In this document: in pieces, positions 45,552-54,841 of the stretch
Layout: the number at the start of each line of letters is the position of its first letter
How positions within the stretch are numbered: the stretch's first letter is position 1
Assembly: GCA_020439995.1 (NCBI GenBank)
Contig: JAGROY010000218.1
Coordinates: 2,225-66,224, forward strand
Direction of reading: 5' to 3'
Origin: Verrucomicrobiia bacterium
GTDB taxonomy: Bacteria; Verrucomicrobiota; Verrucomicrobiia; Verrucomicrobiales; DEV007
Length of the DNA: 64,000 bases
The notes under the pieces: generated by a model
Databases searched by the model: none
What the model was told of the DNA's origin: nothing
The model's input: only the letters and a program-made list of their open reading frames with translations
Program-made: the position numbers and the translations under genes

Positions 45552-48500
45552 ATGCGCGCGTTCCCCATATCGACTGCCCTGTGCGGCATATTACTCACCT
45601 TTCCGCCCCTGTTGCATGCAGCGCCGGAGATTTCTGAAATACTGGCAAGCAATCTATCCGGCCTGAAAGATGGCGACGGGAACTTTACGGATTGGATTGA
45701 GGTTCACAACCCTGACGGAACTGCGATCGACTTAAGCGGCTACCACCTTACTGACGATAATGAGGTTCTGGCGAAGTGGACATTTCCAGTGGGCACGATG
45801 CTCACTCCTGATCAAAGGATCATCGTCTTCGCTTCGGGCCAGGCCAGTGGCGACTATCAGGACAGCGCAGGCAATCTGCACACCAATTTTTCGCTCTCGG
45901 CCAATGGTGAGTTCCTGGCACTCGTCGCCACCGACGGTGAAACGATCGTGTCTGGTTTTGATCCAAGTTATCCCAAGCAGCGCCCCGATATTTCGTGGTC
46001 TCGCGATGGCTACTACACGAATCCCACACCGGGAGCTCCGGAAGACAGCGGCAGTCTGCTTCTGGGTTTCGTTGAAGATACCAAGTTCAGCGTCAAACGC
46101 GGGTTCTACACCGAACCCTTCACTGTCGAGCTTGCCACGGCAACAGAGGGAGCACAGATTCGATACACCACCGACGGCTCAGAGCCCACGGAGGAGAATG
46201 GCACTACCTACGCCACGGCGATCAACGTGAGCACGACAACGGTGCTGCGTGCGAAGGCGTTCAAAGAAGGGTTCGAACCCACTAACATTGATACCCAGAC
46301 TTACCTGTTTCTTGCGGACGTGCTCCGCCAGCCGCAGAATCCGGACGGATACCCCACCACCTGGGGCGGCGTTCGCGCAGACTACGAGATGGATGCCGAA
46401 GTCGTCGACGATCCAGCCTACAGGGATGATTTCCAGGCGGCATTAACCAGGATTCCGACGCTCTCGCTGGTGACAGACATCGACAATCTCTTCCACACCT
46501 CCCGGGGAATCTATCAGCGTCCCACCAGTGAGGGAACGGCTTGGGAACGTCCAGTCTCTGCAGAATTTTTCACCGCTGACGGTTCCGAGCCTGGGTTCAA
46601 TGCCAACTGCGGCATCCGGATCCAGGGCGGCTCCAGTCGGCAGACGGACATCCCGAAGCACTCGTTCAGCCTGCGCTTCAGGGAAGACTACGGAGTCAGC
46701 AGGCTGCAATATCCACTTTACAAGAATGCTCCATTCGGTGACACCGCTGTGGAGGAATTCGATGTGTTGCAACTGCGGGCAACATTCAACCACTCCTGGT
46801 TCCACCGGCACTACTACCAAAACGACGTCGCGCAGTACAATCGCGATCAGTGGGTCAACGATCTGTTCCAGGAAATGGGCCAGCCTGGAACCCGTGGGCG
46901 GTGGGCGCACCTTTACATCAATGGCATCTACTGGGGCATCTACCACATGCACGAACGCCCGGATGCCCGATACATGGCATCGTATTTCGGTGGCAGTCGC
47001 GATGACTATGACGTAATCAATTCGAACATCGCTGTGGATGGAAACACCACGGCCTGGCGTGCGGTGAATTCCATCGCAACGAGCAACCGGATTTCAACGC
47101 CTGAAGGCTACGCTGAGATTCGTCAGATATTGGATGTCGATAACCTGATCGACTACATGTTACTCAACTTCTATGTCGGCAACTGGGACTGGGACGGGCA
47201 CAACTGGCGTAGTGCACGCAGACGATCGGACGATGGAAAGTGGATATTCTTTCCCTGGGATTCAGAGTTCGCCATTGCCCCCAATGGCACCGGACGCATC
47301 ACCAATCCTTCCGGCATTGAGGGCGCATTAAATGTCGACCGCACCACGGTCTCCGGCGCGAATCGACCAAGTGGCCTGCATTCGCGCCTGGTGCGCAATG
47401 AAGAATACCGGCTGCGATTCGCTGACCGCATCCAGAAGCACATGTTCAATGGTGGAGCGCTCACGCCCGACTTTGCACGGGCGACCTGGAAACGCAGATC
47501 GGACTTGATGGACGACATTATCATCGCCGAGTCCGCCCGCTGGGGCGACTACAAGCGCGATCTTGTTCCAGGTGCCTGGCCGGCCAGCAATTACCAGCTC
47601 TACACGAAAAACGATCCCTACCTGCCGGTGCAGGATTACATCTTGAATACCTACATCACTCAGCGAACAGCGATCGTGCTGAATCAATTCAAACGCCGGA
47701 ATCTCTACCCAGACACCGTGGCACCGACGCTACTGATCAATGATGCGCCGCAGCATGGTGGCAACGTGAGCGCTGGAGCGACGCTGGCGTTTTCCGTGCC
47801 CGGAAATGCGGGAGCGGTGATCTACACTTTGAATGGAAGCGATCCCCGTGGCAGTGCCCCGGAGATCGTCATCGAAGAAGTGATCGCAGCGGATTCGCCG
47901 CTCACGGTGTGGATTCCGGACAGTGCTGCCTTAGAGGAAGCAGGGCCCAACTGGAGAGCGGTGGACTTTGATGATGCCTCATGGATGCAGGGTACCGGCG
48001 GCGTTGGCTTCGACCGCGGAGGAGATTTCCAGGAGCACTTCGGCGTCGACCTTATCGACTCAATGTGGACCAAGGGATCCAGCGCCTACGTGCGGATCCC
48101 GTTCAACCTTTCCAACCCGGAAAAGTACGCGTTGATCACCCTGCAGGCGAAGTATGAGGACGGCTTCATCGCCTACATCAATGGAACCGAAGTTGCGCGC
48201 GCCAATGCACCTGACACGCCCGCCTGGAATTCCGTGTCGACTTCGACTCATGCAGACGCAGACGCCGTCGTCGACGAGGATTTCGAATTAACCGTTCCCG
48301 CAAATCTGCTCATCGAAGGCAAGAACGTGCTCGCTATCCAGGGCCTCAACTCCAGCGCTACCGGCAGCGATTTCCTGCTGGCCGTGCGGATGGATGCGGG
48401 CTCGGTGCTTGCGGGAGATGGCGGCACTCGTTATGACGGAACGCCGATCGCTCTCCAACCGGGCGCTGTGAGAGTCAGTGCGCGCGTGCTGGATGGCGAC

Positions 48501-49379
48501 GAATGGAGCCCGCTCACCGAGGCCACGTTCATCGTCGGCGCGCAAAGCGCAGCACCAGGGAATCTGGTGATTTCCGAACTCCACTACAATCCCTCAGGCG
48601 GCACAGACTCCGAGTTCGTTGAGCTTCTTAACACCAGTAACACCACGATCAGACTGGAAGGAGTTCACTTCAGCAGCGGGATCGACTACACATTTGTCGG
48701 CAACCAACTGCTCACTCCGGGTGAGCGCATTGTGATCGTTTCGAACCTTGACGTTTTCCGCCAGGTCTACGGTGAGGCCGTGTCAACGATCACGATTGCC
48801 GGAGAATTTGCACGCAATCTTTCCAACGCCGGAGAAGAGGTGGTTTTGTCAGGATCTGACGACGCGGAGATCTTCAGATTTACCTATGACGACTCTGGAG
48901 CCTGGCCGGCGGAGGCGGATGGCGGCGCTCGCTCGCTCGTTTTCGCGGGTGGCGATCCTGCCGACCCGGCCAGTTGGTCAGCATCCAGCGCAGACGGCGG
49001 ATCGCCTGGCACCGCACCGGGATCTGGCAGCGGCTTCGACTCCTGGATGTTGGCCAATGGTTTTGCCGATCCGCTGGCAGATCCAGACGGCGACGGTCTT
49101 TCCCACATGGCCACCTACTTCACTGGCGCAGACCTTGTGGCCGACGTCCACGGGTTCCTCGACATTACATCGGCAGGGACGCTCACTCTGCGCCGGCGGT
49201 CAGCCCTCTCGGGCCTCACGGGAATTGTGGAATTCTCCATGGATCTCGAAAGTTGGACTGCTCTCGGCTCCGATGCGTTTGCCCCTGCTGTGGATGCGGG
49301 CGATGGCACGGAACAATTAAGCGCAACTCTCGATGCGCCGGGGAATGTCCTCTATTTAAGGATCAGAATTTCGCGATGA
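45552..49379 (+). CDS. Secreted CotH-kinase-family protein with two lamin-tail domains (LTD) and a chitobiase/Fn3-like module
   Basis: 1275 aa with a signal peptide.
- LTD 1: ISEILASN...DGNFTDWIEVHNPDGTAIDLSGYHLTDD.
- Fn3-like module: FTVELATATEGAQIRYTTDGSEPT.
- CotH core: IRIQGGSSRQTDIPKHSFSLRFREDYG...WAHLYINGIYWGIYHMHERPD...NWDWDGHNWR.
- LTD 2: LVISELHYNPSGGTDSEFVELLNTSNTTIRLEGVHFS.
- A DPDGDGLS motif, then a C-terminal beta-sandwich similar to the YYRV module. Confidence 0.85.
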   Translation: MRAFPISTALCGILLTFPPLLHAAPEISEILASNLSGLKDGDGNFTDWIEVHNPDGTAIDLSGYHLTDDNEVLAKWTFPVGTMLTPDQRIIVFASGQASGDYQDSAGNLHTNFSLSANGEFLALVATDGETIVSGFDPSYPKQRPDISWSRDGYYTNPTPGAPEDSGSLLLGFVEDTKFSVKRGFYTEPFTVELATATEGAQIRYTTDGSEPTEENGTTYATAINVSTTTVLRAKAFKEGFEPTNIDTQTYLFLADVLRQPQNPDGYPTTWGGVRADYEMDAEVVDDPAYRDDFQAALTRIPTLSLVTDIDNLFHTSRGIYQRPTSEGTAWERPVSAEFFTADGSEPGFNANCGIRIQGGSSRQTDIPKHSFSLRFREDYGVSRLQYPLYKNAPFGDTAVEEFDVLQLRATFNHSWFHRHYYQNDVAQYNRDQWVNDLFQEMGQPGTRGRWAHLYINGIYWGIYHMHERPDARYMASYFGGSRDDYDVINSNIAVDGNTTAWRAVNSIATSNRISTPEGYAEIRQILDVDNLIDYMLLNFYVGNWDWDGHNWRSARRRSDDGKWIFFPWDSEFAIAPNGTGRITNPSGIEGALNVDRTTVSGANRPSGLHSRLVRNEEYRLRFADRIQKHMFNGGALTPDFARATWKRRSDLMDDIIIAESARWGDYKRDLVPGAWPASNYQLYTKNDPYLPVQDYILNTYITQRTAIVLNQFKRRNLYPDTVAPTLLINDAPQHGGNVSAGATLAFSVPGNAGAVIYTLNGSDPRGSAPEIVIEEVIAADSPLTVWIPDSAALEEAGPNWRAVDFDDASWMQGTGGVGFDRGGDFQEHFGVDLIDSMWTKGSSAYVRIPFNLSNPEKYALITLQAKYEDGFIAYINGTEVARANAPDTPAWNSVSTSTHADADAVVDEDFELTVPANLLIEGKNVLAIQGLNSSATGSDFLLAVRMDAGSVLAGDGGTRYDGTPIALQPGAVRVSARVLDGDEWSPLTEATFIVGAQSAAPGNLVISELHYNPSGGTDSEFVELLNTSNTTIRLEGVHFSSGIDYTFVGNQLLTPGERIVIVSNLDVFRQVYGEAVSTITIAGEFARNLSNAGEEVVLSGSDDAEIFRFTYDDSGAWPAEADGGARSLVFAGGDPADPASWSASSADGGSPGTAPGSGSGFDSWMLANGFADPLADPDGDGLSHMATYFTGADLVADVHGFLDITSAGTLTLRRRSALSGLTGIVEFSMDLESWTALGSDAFAPAVDAGDGTEQLSATLDAPGNVLYLRIRISR

Positions 49380-49454
49380 ATCGCCACGCTTTGGAGCATG
49401 AACCGCCGCTCAATCATCCAAGACTGTAAAAACAACCAAAACAACCAAGAAGCA

Positions 49455-49483
49455 TTGACCCATAGTTCCTGATAGAATAAAAT
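49455..49483 (+). promoter_or_regulatory. Sigma-70-like promoter for the PEP-CTERM gene
   Basis: TTGACC (49455..49460), then a 17-nt spacer, then TAAAAT (49478..49483), 17 nt upstream of the ATG at 49500. This is the best consensus match I saw in the window. Confidence 0.5.
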
Positions 49484-49499
49484 CCGCGGCTAGTTAGTT

Positions 49500-50255
49500 A
49501 TGAAAGTCTTGAAATTCCTCCCCCTCGCATTCGCCATTTCCCTCCTTCCGGCTCAAGCGGCTGTCACGATGGTGAATGGCGGCGAGAATCATCCAAGTCT
49601 CCTGCAGAACCAGACCGACTGGACGGTTGACATGGGCGTTGCCCTTCCCGTTTTTCCTGCCAGCCCTGGCCTGGTGCTGATGGAAAGCGGCGGCGATGGC
49701 ACGGGCGTTGCGGCGGTGCTGCAGGGGAACGACCTGGTTCTCTATCAGGACAACGGTGACTTCAATGTCTCCACGCCAGACGTGGATGACTACGCAGTCT
49801 ACGACATTTCCAGCTTCTCAGGCCAAGTCGTTTCGATGCGCCTTACCGGCTCATTCGCCACGGCCACCGACACCATCGCCCTGTCCATTCTGGGTAGCGA
49901 CGGCACCACCTTCGCCGAGACGCTGACGATGTCCGCCGACATTGTGAATGCAGCTGGTGGCAACCGGTTTGGCTTGGGCGGTGTTGCAGGTGACCTCGCT
50001 GGCGTAGACGAGAGTGCGGAGGCGGGATACCCGAACACCGCTGCTTTCAACAACGCCGACTATGATGTCGACGCAGCGCCAGTTGGCGCAAACGTGCTCG
50101 GCCCGGATCGCATCAAGGGAATCGTCTACACAGGAACAGATGCGGCTCCGGCGTCGCTGCCAGCTCCGACCAGCTGGGGGGTCGTGCCCGAACCAGGCAC
50201 AGGGCTTCTGAGCCTGCTGGGCACTTGCCTACTGGTTTTCCGCCGTCGGCGTTAA
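49500..50255 (+). CDS. PEP-CTERM sorting-domain protein
   Basis: 251 aa. Signal peptide MKVLKFLPLAFAISLLPAQA. The C-terminus VPEPGTGLLSLLGTCLLVFRRRR matches PEP motif + TM + Arg cluster. Confidence 0.88.
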   Translation: MKVLKFLPLAFAISLLPAQAAVTMVNGGENHPSLLQNQTDWTVDMGVALPVFPASPGLVLMESGGDGTGVAAVLQGNDLVLYQDNGDFNVSTPDVDDYAVYDISSFSGQVVSMRLTGSFATATDTIALSILGSDGTTFAETLTMSADIVNAAGGNRFGLGGVAGDLAGVDESAEAGYPNTAAFNNADYDVDAAPVGANVLGPDRIKGIVYTGTDAAPASLPAPTSWGVVPEPGTGLLSLLGTCLLVFRRRR

Positions 50256-50463
50256 TCTTCCTATTACTAACCGTCGATGTGCTGGAGTTCTGTTGAGCTT
50301 TAGCCCCCCTCCCTCTTGATCCTCACCTTGGGTCTACGCGAGGCTCCCGAAGTTTAGCGACCGAAGGCCCGTTGCAACAGAAGATGACTTACCGGGTCTC
50401 GCACGGATCCGATAGGTTGATCGGTGGGTTTCACATCTTGAGCAAGAGGACTACGACGGAGCG

Positions 50464-50754
50464 ATGAGACTGATCGATCACGACCCAGCGTGGACGCCTG
50501 AACTGATTCGGAAGATTATCCAGTCGTATGGCGAGGAGAACTCGTCGCAACGAGCCACACTTGAAGCGGCAGCAACCGACATTCATCAGCGGAAGAATGT
50601 GGACAGATGGGACGATGCACCAAACAGATCTCTAGGCGAGGTCTGGTATGACCTTGGCATTGATGGGCAGGCCAGCGATCTCACCGCTACATTTACGATC
50701 CGCGAACGCGATGGAGGTCTCGTGCTGATTCTGAACGATGTGCACGTGATGTAG
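50464..50754 (+). CDS. Hypothetical protein (96 aa)
   Basis: ATG-initiated ORF with normal-looking composition and no recognisable motif. It abuts the truncated end of the IS remnant. Confidence 0.35.
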   Translation: MRLIDHDPAWTPELIRKIIQSYGEENSSQRATLEAAATDIHQRKNVDRWDDAPNRSLGEVWYDLGIDGQASDLTATFTIRERDGGLVLILNDVHVM

Positions 50755-50789
50755 CCTATCAACACAGAATGCAGAAGTCGTCGCAGATC

Positions 50790-51243
50790 AACGCACTGCC
50801 CGCCGCGGGTAGAAATCGCCATGAACATTCAAACTCAACCCCTGATTTTTCTGGCCGCAGCTTTGCGACGCCGGTGCTTTGCCCAGTCCATGCAATTTGC
50901 CACCAGTTGGATCGTGGTCGAATCGACCGCATAGATGGTGCGTTTGAAGCGTTGCGGCAGTCCCCGCTTGCGCTTGCAGGTGTGCGAGCACTTTCCAGAA
51001 CAACGTCTGCGCCATGTCGGCGTTGCCGGTGCGGTTGGCGTGGGAGAGGGTATTGGGTGATGGAGGAGTTGCGCCGCGAACACTGGACAACTCTCCTCTG
51101 TGCATCTGCATATTGTCGCAGACATCGTTGAAGGAGACCGCCCGGCTGATCTGCGCAAAAATCAGTGAGACGACATGACTCCAGACAGTGAACTTACGGG
51201 CCTTGGATTCAACGTTGTGCTCTCCGGCAATTTTCCTTACCAA
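50790..51243 (-). pseudogene. IS4-like (DUF4372 N-terminus + DDE) transposase remnant, frameshifted and 3'-truncated
   Basis: Frame 1 (50788..51243) reads KFTVWSHVVSLIFAQISRAVSFNDVCDNMQMHRGELSSVRGATPPSPNTLSHANRTGNADMAQTLFWKVLAHLQ, which matches the DUF4372-type transposase N-terminus. Similarity continues in a second frame (track ORF 50835..51158: FKRTIYAVDSTTIQLVANCMDWAKHRRRKAAA, the first DDE Asp region). It then returns to the first frame (LNVHGDF) and stops. Only ~150 of an expected ~400+ codons are present, and I saw no terminal inverted repeats. Confidence 0.7.
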
Positions 51244-51288
51244 CTGCGGTGGAATGAGATCCCAAATCTACTGACTGGAGAATAAGGT

Positions 51289-52884
51289 ATGAAGGAAATG
51301 ACGCAGACAACAACGGGGCGGCAAAGACCGCGTACGCTCCACGCCCTAATCGTATGCATGATGGGTAGTGGCACTGTTGTTGGCATTCACTTTCATGAGA
51401 AACACCAGTGGAATTCGTTCTTCGAGAAATGGGAGGCACAGGGTGAGCGCTTTTCCAAGCCCATCGGCGAACCCGTGCCTGACGATGAAAACGCAGTCAA
51501 AGTTCCGATGATGATGGAATTGACGTATCTCTGGCAACAGGATCCTGAAAACTTCGACTCTCTCCCGGCGTCCCAGCGCGGCCGTTCGCTGAGCACATTG
51601 GCAACTCTTGAGGTGAATCTTGCTGCGCGCGCTACAACCGAGATTCAGCGCACCCGGCCCGCCACACTCACCGGGGCTGTTTGGGCGATCGATCAGTCTC
51701 CCTTTGCTGGCCACAATGATATCGACGCCGCTCGTGAGATCCTCGCGCGTTTCGACACTCAAATCGATTTTTTTGAGGAAGTCGATGCGATGCTTGGTCG
51801 AAGGGAGTTGAGGCTCCCGGAAGACAGTGAAGATTCCAACCCGCCCCATGTCCATGCGCTCTTGTCAATCAACAGAGCGCTGCGGACGCGTGCTCTCGCC
51901 CACATCCGCTGCAAGAATGGTGATGCAGCTCTCGCGGATATCGCCAGGTGCCTGAAGCTTGCCGACTTGATCCGCAGTGAGCCAAGTCACCCTTGGCTTA
52001 GTACATCAGCGTATCACGCAGTGCTGGCCACGATCTGGGAAGGACTCAGGGATGAGGTCTGGGACTCAGACCAACTCACAAGTCTGCAATCGAAGGTGAA
52101 TGCGATCGCACCCGGCCCGACACTTCTCAGGGCCCTGCGGGAATTCCGTTCGATGGAAATCGAAGCTGCGAGCAATGAAGAAGTGAGGAAAGAGCATAAT
52201 CGATCCGTTAAGAAGTGGAACGAAAGGGGACGAAAATACCTGGGGAATCTTTGGAATGATCATAGCGGCTACCCTGTCTACGACCGCTTCCGCCCCCAGT
52301 GCCTGCGCTGGCGGGAGTCAAGAAAGCGTTTGGAGTCCTGGCAGAATGCCGTGTTCGCGAAAGAGAATGGTGAAATAAACAATGACGAGCTCTCGCTTCG
52401 GATTGCGGAGTTCTCGTCGCAATTGCGAGAACAAGACCGGAATCCTCAAAGCGTTCTGGACGACGCTATCAACTGGGCACGGAGAACATTTGATGTTCAA
52501 TGGAAGCTGAAGCACACGACCAGCAACCTGCCAGAGTTGAACTCGGGACTTTGTGGATTCATTGATCGGGCGTTCGAACTGAAAGTGCAGCTGCGCCTGG
52601 CGAGCACGGCTATTGCACTTGAACGCTACCAACGAACCATTGGCAACTATCCGCAGAAACTAGAAGCGCTGGTGCCGGAAATGCTCAGCGAGCGTCCAGG
52701 TGATCCGTGGCTCGAAGACTCAACGCTGGCTTACGCCCTGCGATCCGGCGGTCGGCCGGCAGTGTGGTCGGTGGGAGAAAATCAACGGGACGAAAGCGGT
52801 TACGTCAATCCCCGGCATGAATCGGACGACATCGTCTGGCAGTATGAAAGAGCGGATGCAGACAGTTTTGAATATTTTGAATAA
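51289..52884 (+). CDS. Hypothetical membrane-anchored protein (531 aa)
   Basis: ATG preceded by AAGG. N-terminal TM (LHALIVCMMGSGTVVGIHF), then a helical soluble domain with no motif I recognise. Confidence 0.6.
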   Translation: MKEMTQTTTGRQRPRTLHALIVCMMGSGTVVGIHFHEKHQWNSFFEKWEAQGERFSKPIGEPVPDDENAVKVPMMMELTYLWQQDPENFDSLPASQRGRSLSTLATLEVNLAARATTEIQRTRPATLTGAVWAIDQSPFAGHNDIDAAREILARFDTQIDFFEEVDAMLGRRELRLPEDSEDSNPPHVHALLSINRALRTRALAHIRCKNGDAALADIARCLKLADLIRSEPSHPWLSTSAYHAVLATIWEGLRDEVWDSDQLTSLQSKVNAIAPGPTLLRALREFRSMEIEAASNEEVRKEHNRSVKKWNERGRKYLGNLWNDHSGYPVYDRFRPQCLRWRESRKRLESWQNAVFAKENGEINNDELSLRIAEFSSQLREQDRNPQSVLDDAINWARRTFDVQWKLKHTTSNLPELNSGLCGFIDRAFELKVQLRLASTAIALERYQRTIGNYPQKLEALVPEMLSERPGDPWLEDSTLAYALRSGGRPAVWSVGENQRDESGYVNPRHESDDIVWQYERADADSFEYFE

Positions 52885-52923
52885 GTCTGTGGCGGCCTCC
52901 AAAGGACTCGGCGATGACGAAAG

Positions 52924-53286
52924 TCACTGCTCCTTTTTCAATGGCTGGATCAGGACAAATGGGGACACGACGAGGGCCATGAAGTGTGCATTGGATTCCT
53001 CCCAATAGGCAGCGTGCGGCTCGGACGGCTTTACGAGGTCGCCGGATTTGAGCCAAGCCTGCACCTTTTCCGATTCATCGTTGGCGAAGGCTTCACCGAC
53101 GGTGGTGAGGTCGAGACAGGGATCGACGTACAGCAGGGCTCCAGATTCGAAGTGGGGCTTGATGTAAGTCCAATCGACATCGCCGGTGTACTTGGCGAGT
53201 TTGTCAGCCGTCGTCAACGTGTCATCCCCGATCAAGCCGTATCGCATGGACTCGTTTGAATCACTGGGATCTGTGGGTTCAGTCAT
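52924..53286 (-). CDS. DUF2288-family protein
   Basis: 120 aa. VDWTYIKPHFESGALLYVDPCLDLTTVGEAFANDESEKVQAWLKSGDLVKPS...FMALVVSPFVLIQP matches my recollection of the DUF2288 pattern. Confidence 0.6.
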   Translation of the reverse strand: MTEPTDPSDSNESMRYGLIGDDTLTTADKLAKYTGDVDWTYIKPHFESGALLYVDPCLDLTTVGEAFANDESEKVQAWLKSGDLVKPSEPHAAYWEESNAHFMALVVSPFVLIQPLKKEQ

Positions 53287-53351
53287 GATTTGGTGTCAGG
53301 ATCTGGAGTGCTCCGCCACGCCCGAGCACTCCGATTCACTCATTGCTTCAA

Positions 53352-54803
53352 CTACAGATCGAGCATTTCGTCTTCGTAAGAACCGGCGGGCACGGACTTG
53401 CGTTCGCCGCTGTTGTTGTCGATGACTACATCGCCACGAAAGATCGTGTCCGGCTCAAAGGCGACCGGACCATTGACCTGGAGACTCTGACATTCGACCA
53501 ATGATGGCACCGCTCTGGTGAGCGCAGCTTCCAGGCCGTCGAGCATCTTGTAGTTGCCATCGAGATTGACCGTGGGGGGGACGCCGTTGCGACCGGGCGC
53601 GAGTTCTAAGCGGAAATCCGGCGTTTGCACACATGCATCGGAGCGCAGCACGAGCAAGTCTGACGTCGTCTTGACCGGCGCAAAGCGATGACGGCCCACC
53701 TCAATCGCGCCGGCACCGTCGAAGCACTGGATGGCAGCGCCCATCGCGGTTTCCAACTGGAACACTGCGGGTGAATCGGGATCGCGCGGATCGGCGGTCT
53801 TGTTGTTCTTGATCATCGGCAGCGGCAGAAATCCGCCATTGGCATCGAGCGCCTGCTGCAGGTGATCCAACCGGAACCAAATGTTGTTGGTGTTAAAATA
53901 GCGGTGTCGATCGATGTCTTGAAAGGCATCGGTGTCACTGTCAGGGCACTGCGCTGATTCGCGTAACAGGAGTTGCCGGCCATCGCGAAAGCGCGCCAAG
54001 TGACCGCCCTTGCGATCTGACGGAGTGCGGCGGGTCACTTCCATGAGGAACGGCTTGGCGCTTTTAGCAAAGTATTCCAAAAGGCTGAGGTCGAGGGTTG
54101 CTCCCAGATTGTCCGAGTTCGAAACAAAAGCGTAGAGCACGCCCGCATCGAGCAGGCGCTTCAACCAGCCGGAACCGGCAAGCGCGGCGTAGATGTCGCC
54201 ATGCCCGGGCGGGCACCATTCCAGATCGGGATTCCCTGGCACAGCTACTGGCTGCAATGTAGCGGCATCGATCTTCGGTACACGATTCTGGAGGAAATCC
54301 AACTCTTCACCCAGCTCAGGATAGCGGTCGTTGAGATACTCCAGAGTATCGGTCGATGTGCTGAAGCTGTCCATCAACAGGAACCGGAGGTTGCTGCCAG
54401 TGTTGCCCCGCATGAAGAGAATCTGCTGCGCAATGAAATCGAGGAACGAGTTGTCGCCCTTTACCTTGAGCAGCGACTTTGCCTTCTCCAGCCCCATGCC
54501 AGTGCCCAGCCCACCGTTCAATTTGATCACCACCGTTTTCGATAAGTGTGACTGCGCATTTGGCGATGCCTCGAGCGTGTCTGCCAGCGGCAGGTCGTCA
54601 GCCGGCTCGATCAGCGCTTCAGAGATCAGGCCGGTTTCGTTGCGGCGGAGGGCGGCGTAGTTCGCCCGGAATGAGGCGATGGCGGCATCACTGAGTCCGA
54701 CGTCGCGCATTTTCGCTTCGATGGCAGTGAAATGGGAACTGTCCGCATCTGGCTGCGGGTTGTCATTGGAGTCTTTAGTCACAGGAACCGACCATGCCTC
54801 CAA
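53352..54803 (-). CDS. UTP--glucose-1-phosphate uridylyltransferase, UDPGP (eukaryote-like) family
   Basis: 483 aa. VIKLNGGLGTGMGLEKAKSLL (nucleotide-binding loop), LMDSFSTS, WCPPGHGDIY and FVSNSDNLGA are typical of PF01704-type UGPases rather than GalU. The track start is TTG, so the exact start is uncertain. Confidence 0.82.
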   Translation of the reverse strand: MEAWSVPVTKDSNDNPQPDADSSHFTAIEAKMRDVGLSDAAIASFRANYAALRRNETGLISEALIEPADDLPLADTLEASPNAQSHLSKTVVIKLNGGLGTGMGLEKAKSLLKVKGDNSFLDFIAQQILFMRGNTGSNLRFLLMDSFSTSTDTLEYLNDRYPELGEELDFLQNRVPKIDAATLQPVAVPGNPDLEWCPPGHGDIYAALAGSGWLKRLLDAGVLYAFVSNSDNLGATLDLSLLEYFAKSAKPFLMEVTRRTPSDRKGGHLARFRDGRQLLLRESAQCPDSDTDAFQDIDRHRYFNTNNIWFRLDHLQQALDANGGFLPLPMIKNNKTADPRDPDSPAVFQLETAMGAAIQCFDGAGAIEVGRHRFAPVKTTSDLLVLRSDACVQTPDFRLELAPGRNGVPPTVNLDGNYKMLDGLEAALTRAVPSLVECQSLQVNGPVAFEPDTIFRGDVVIDNNSGERKSVPAGSYEDEMLDL

Positions 54804-54841
54804 CTGCTGGAATTACAAGAATGTTCGGATAAGAATCCCGC

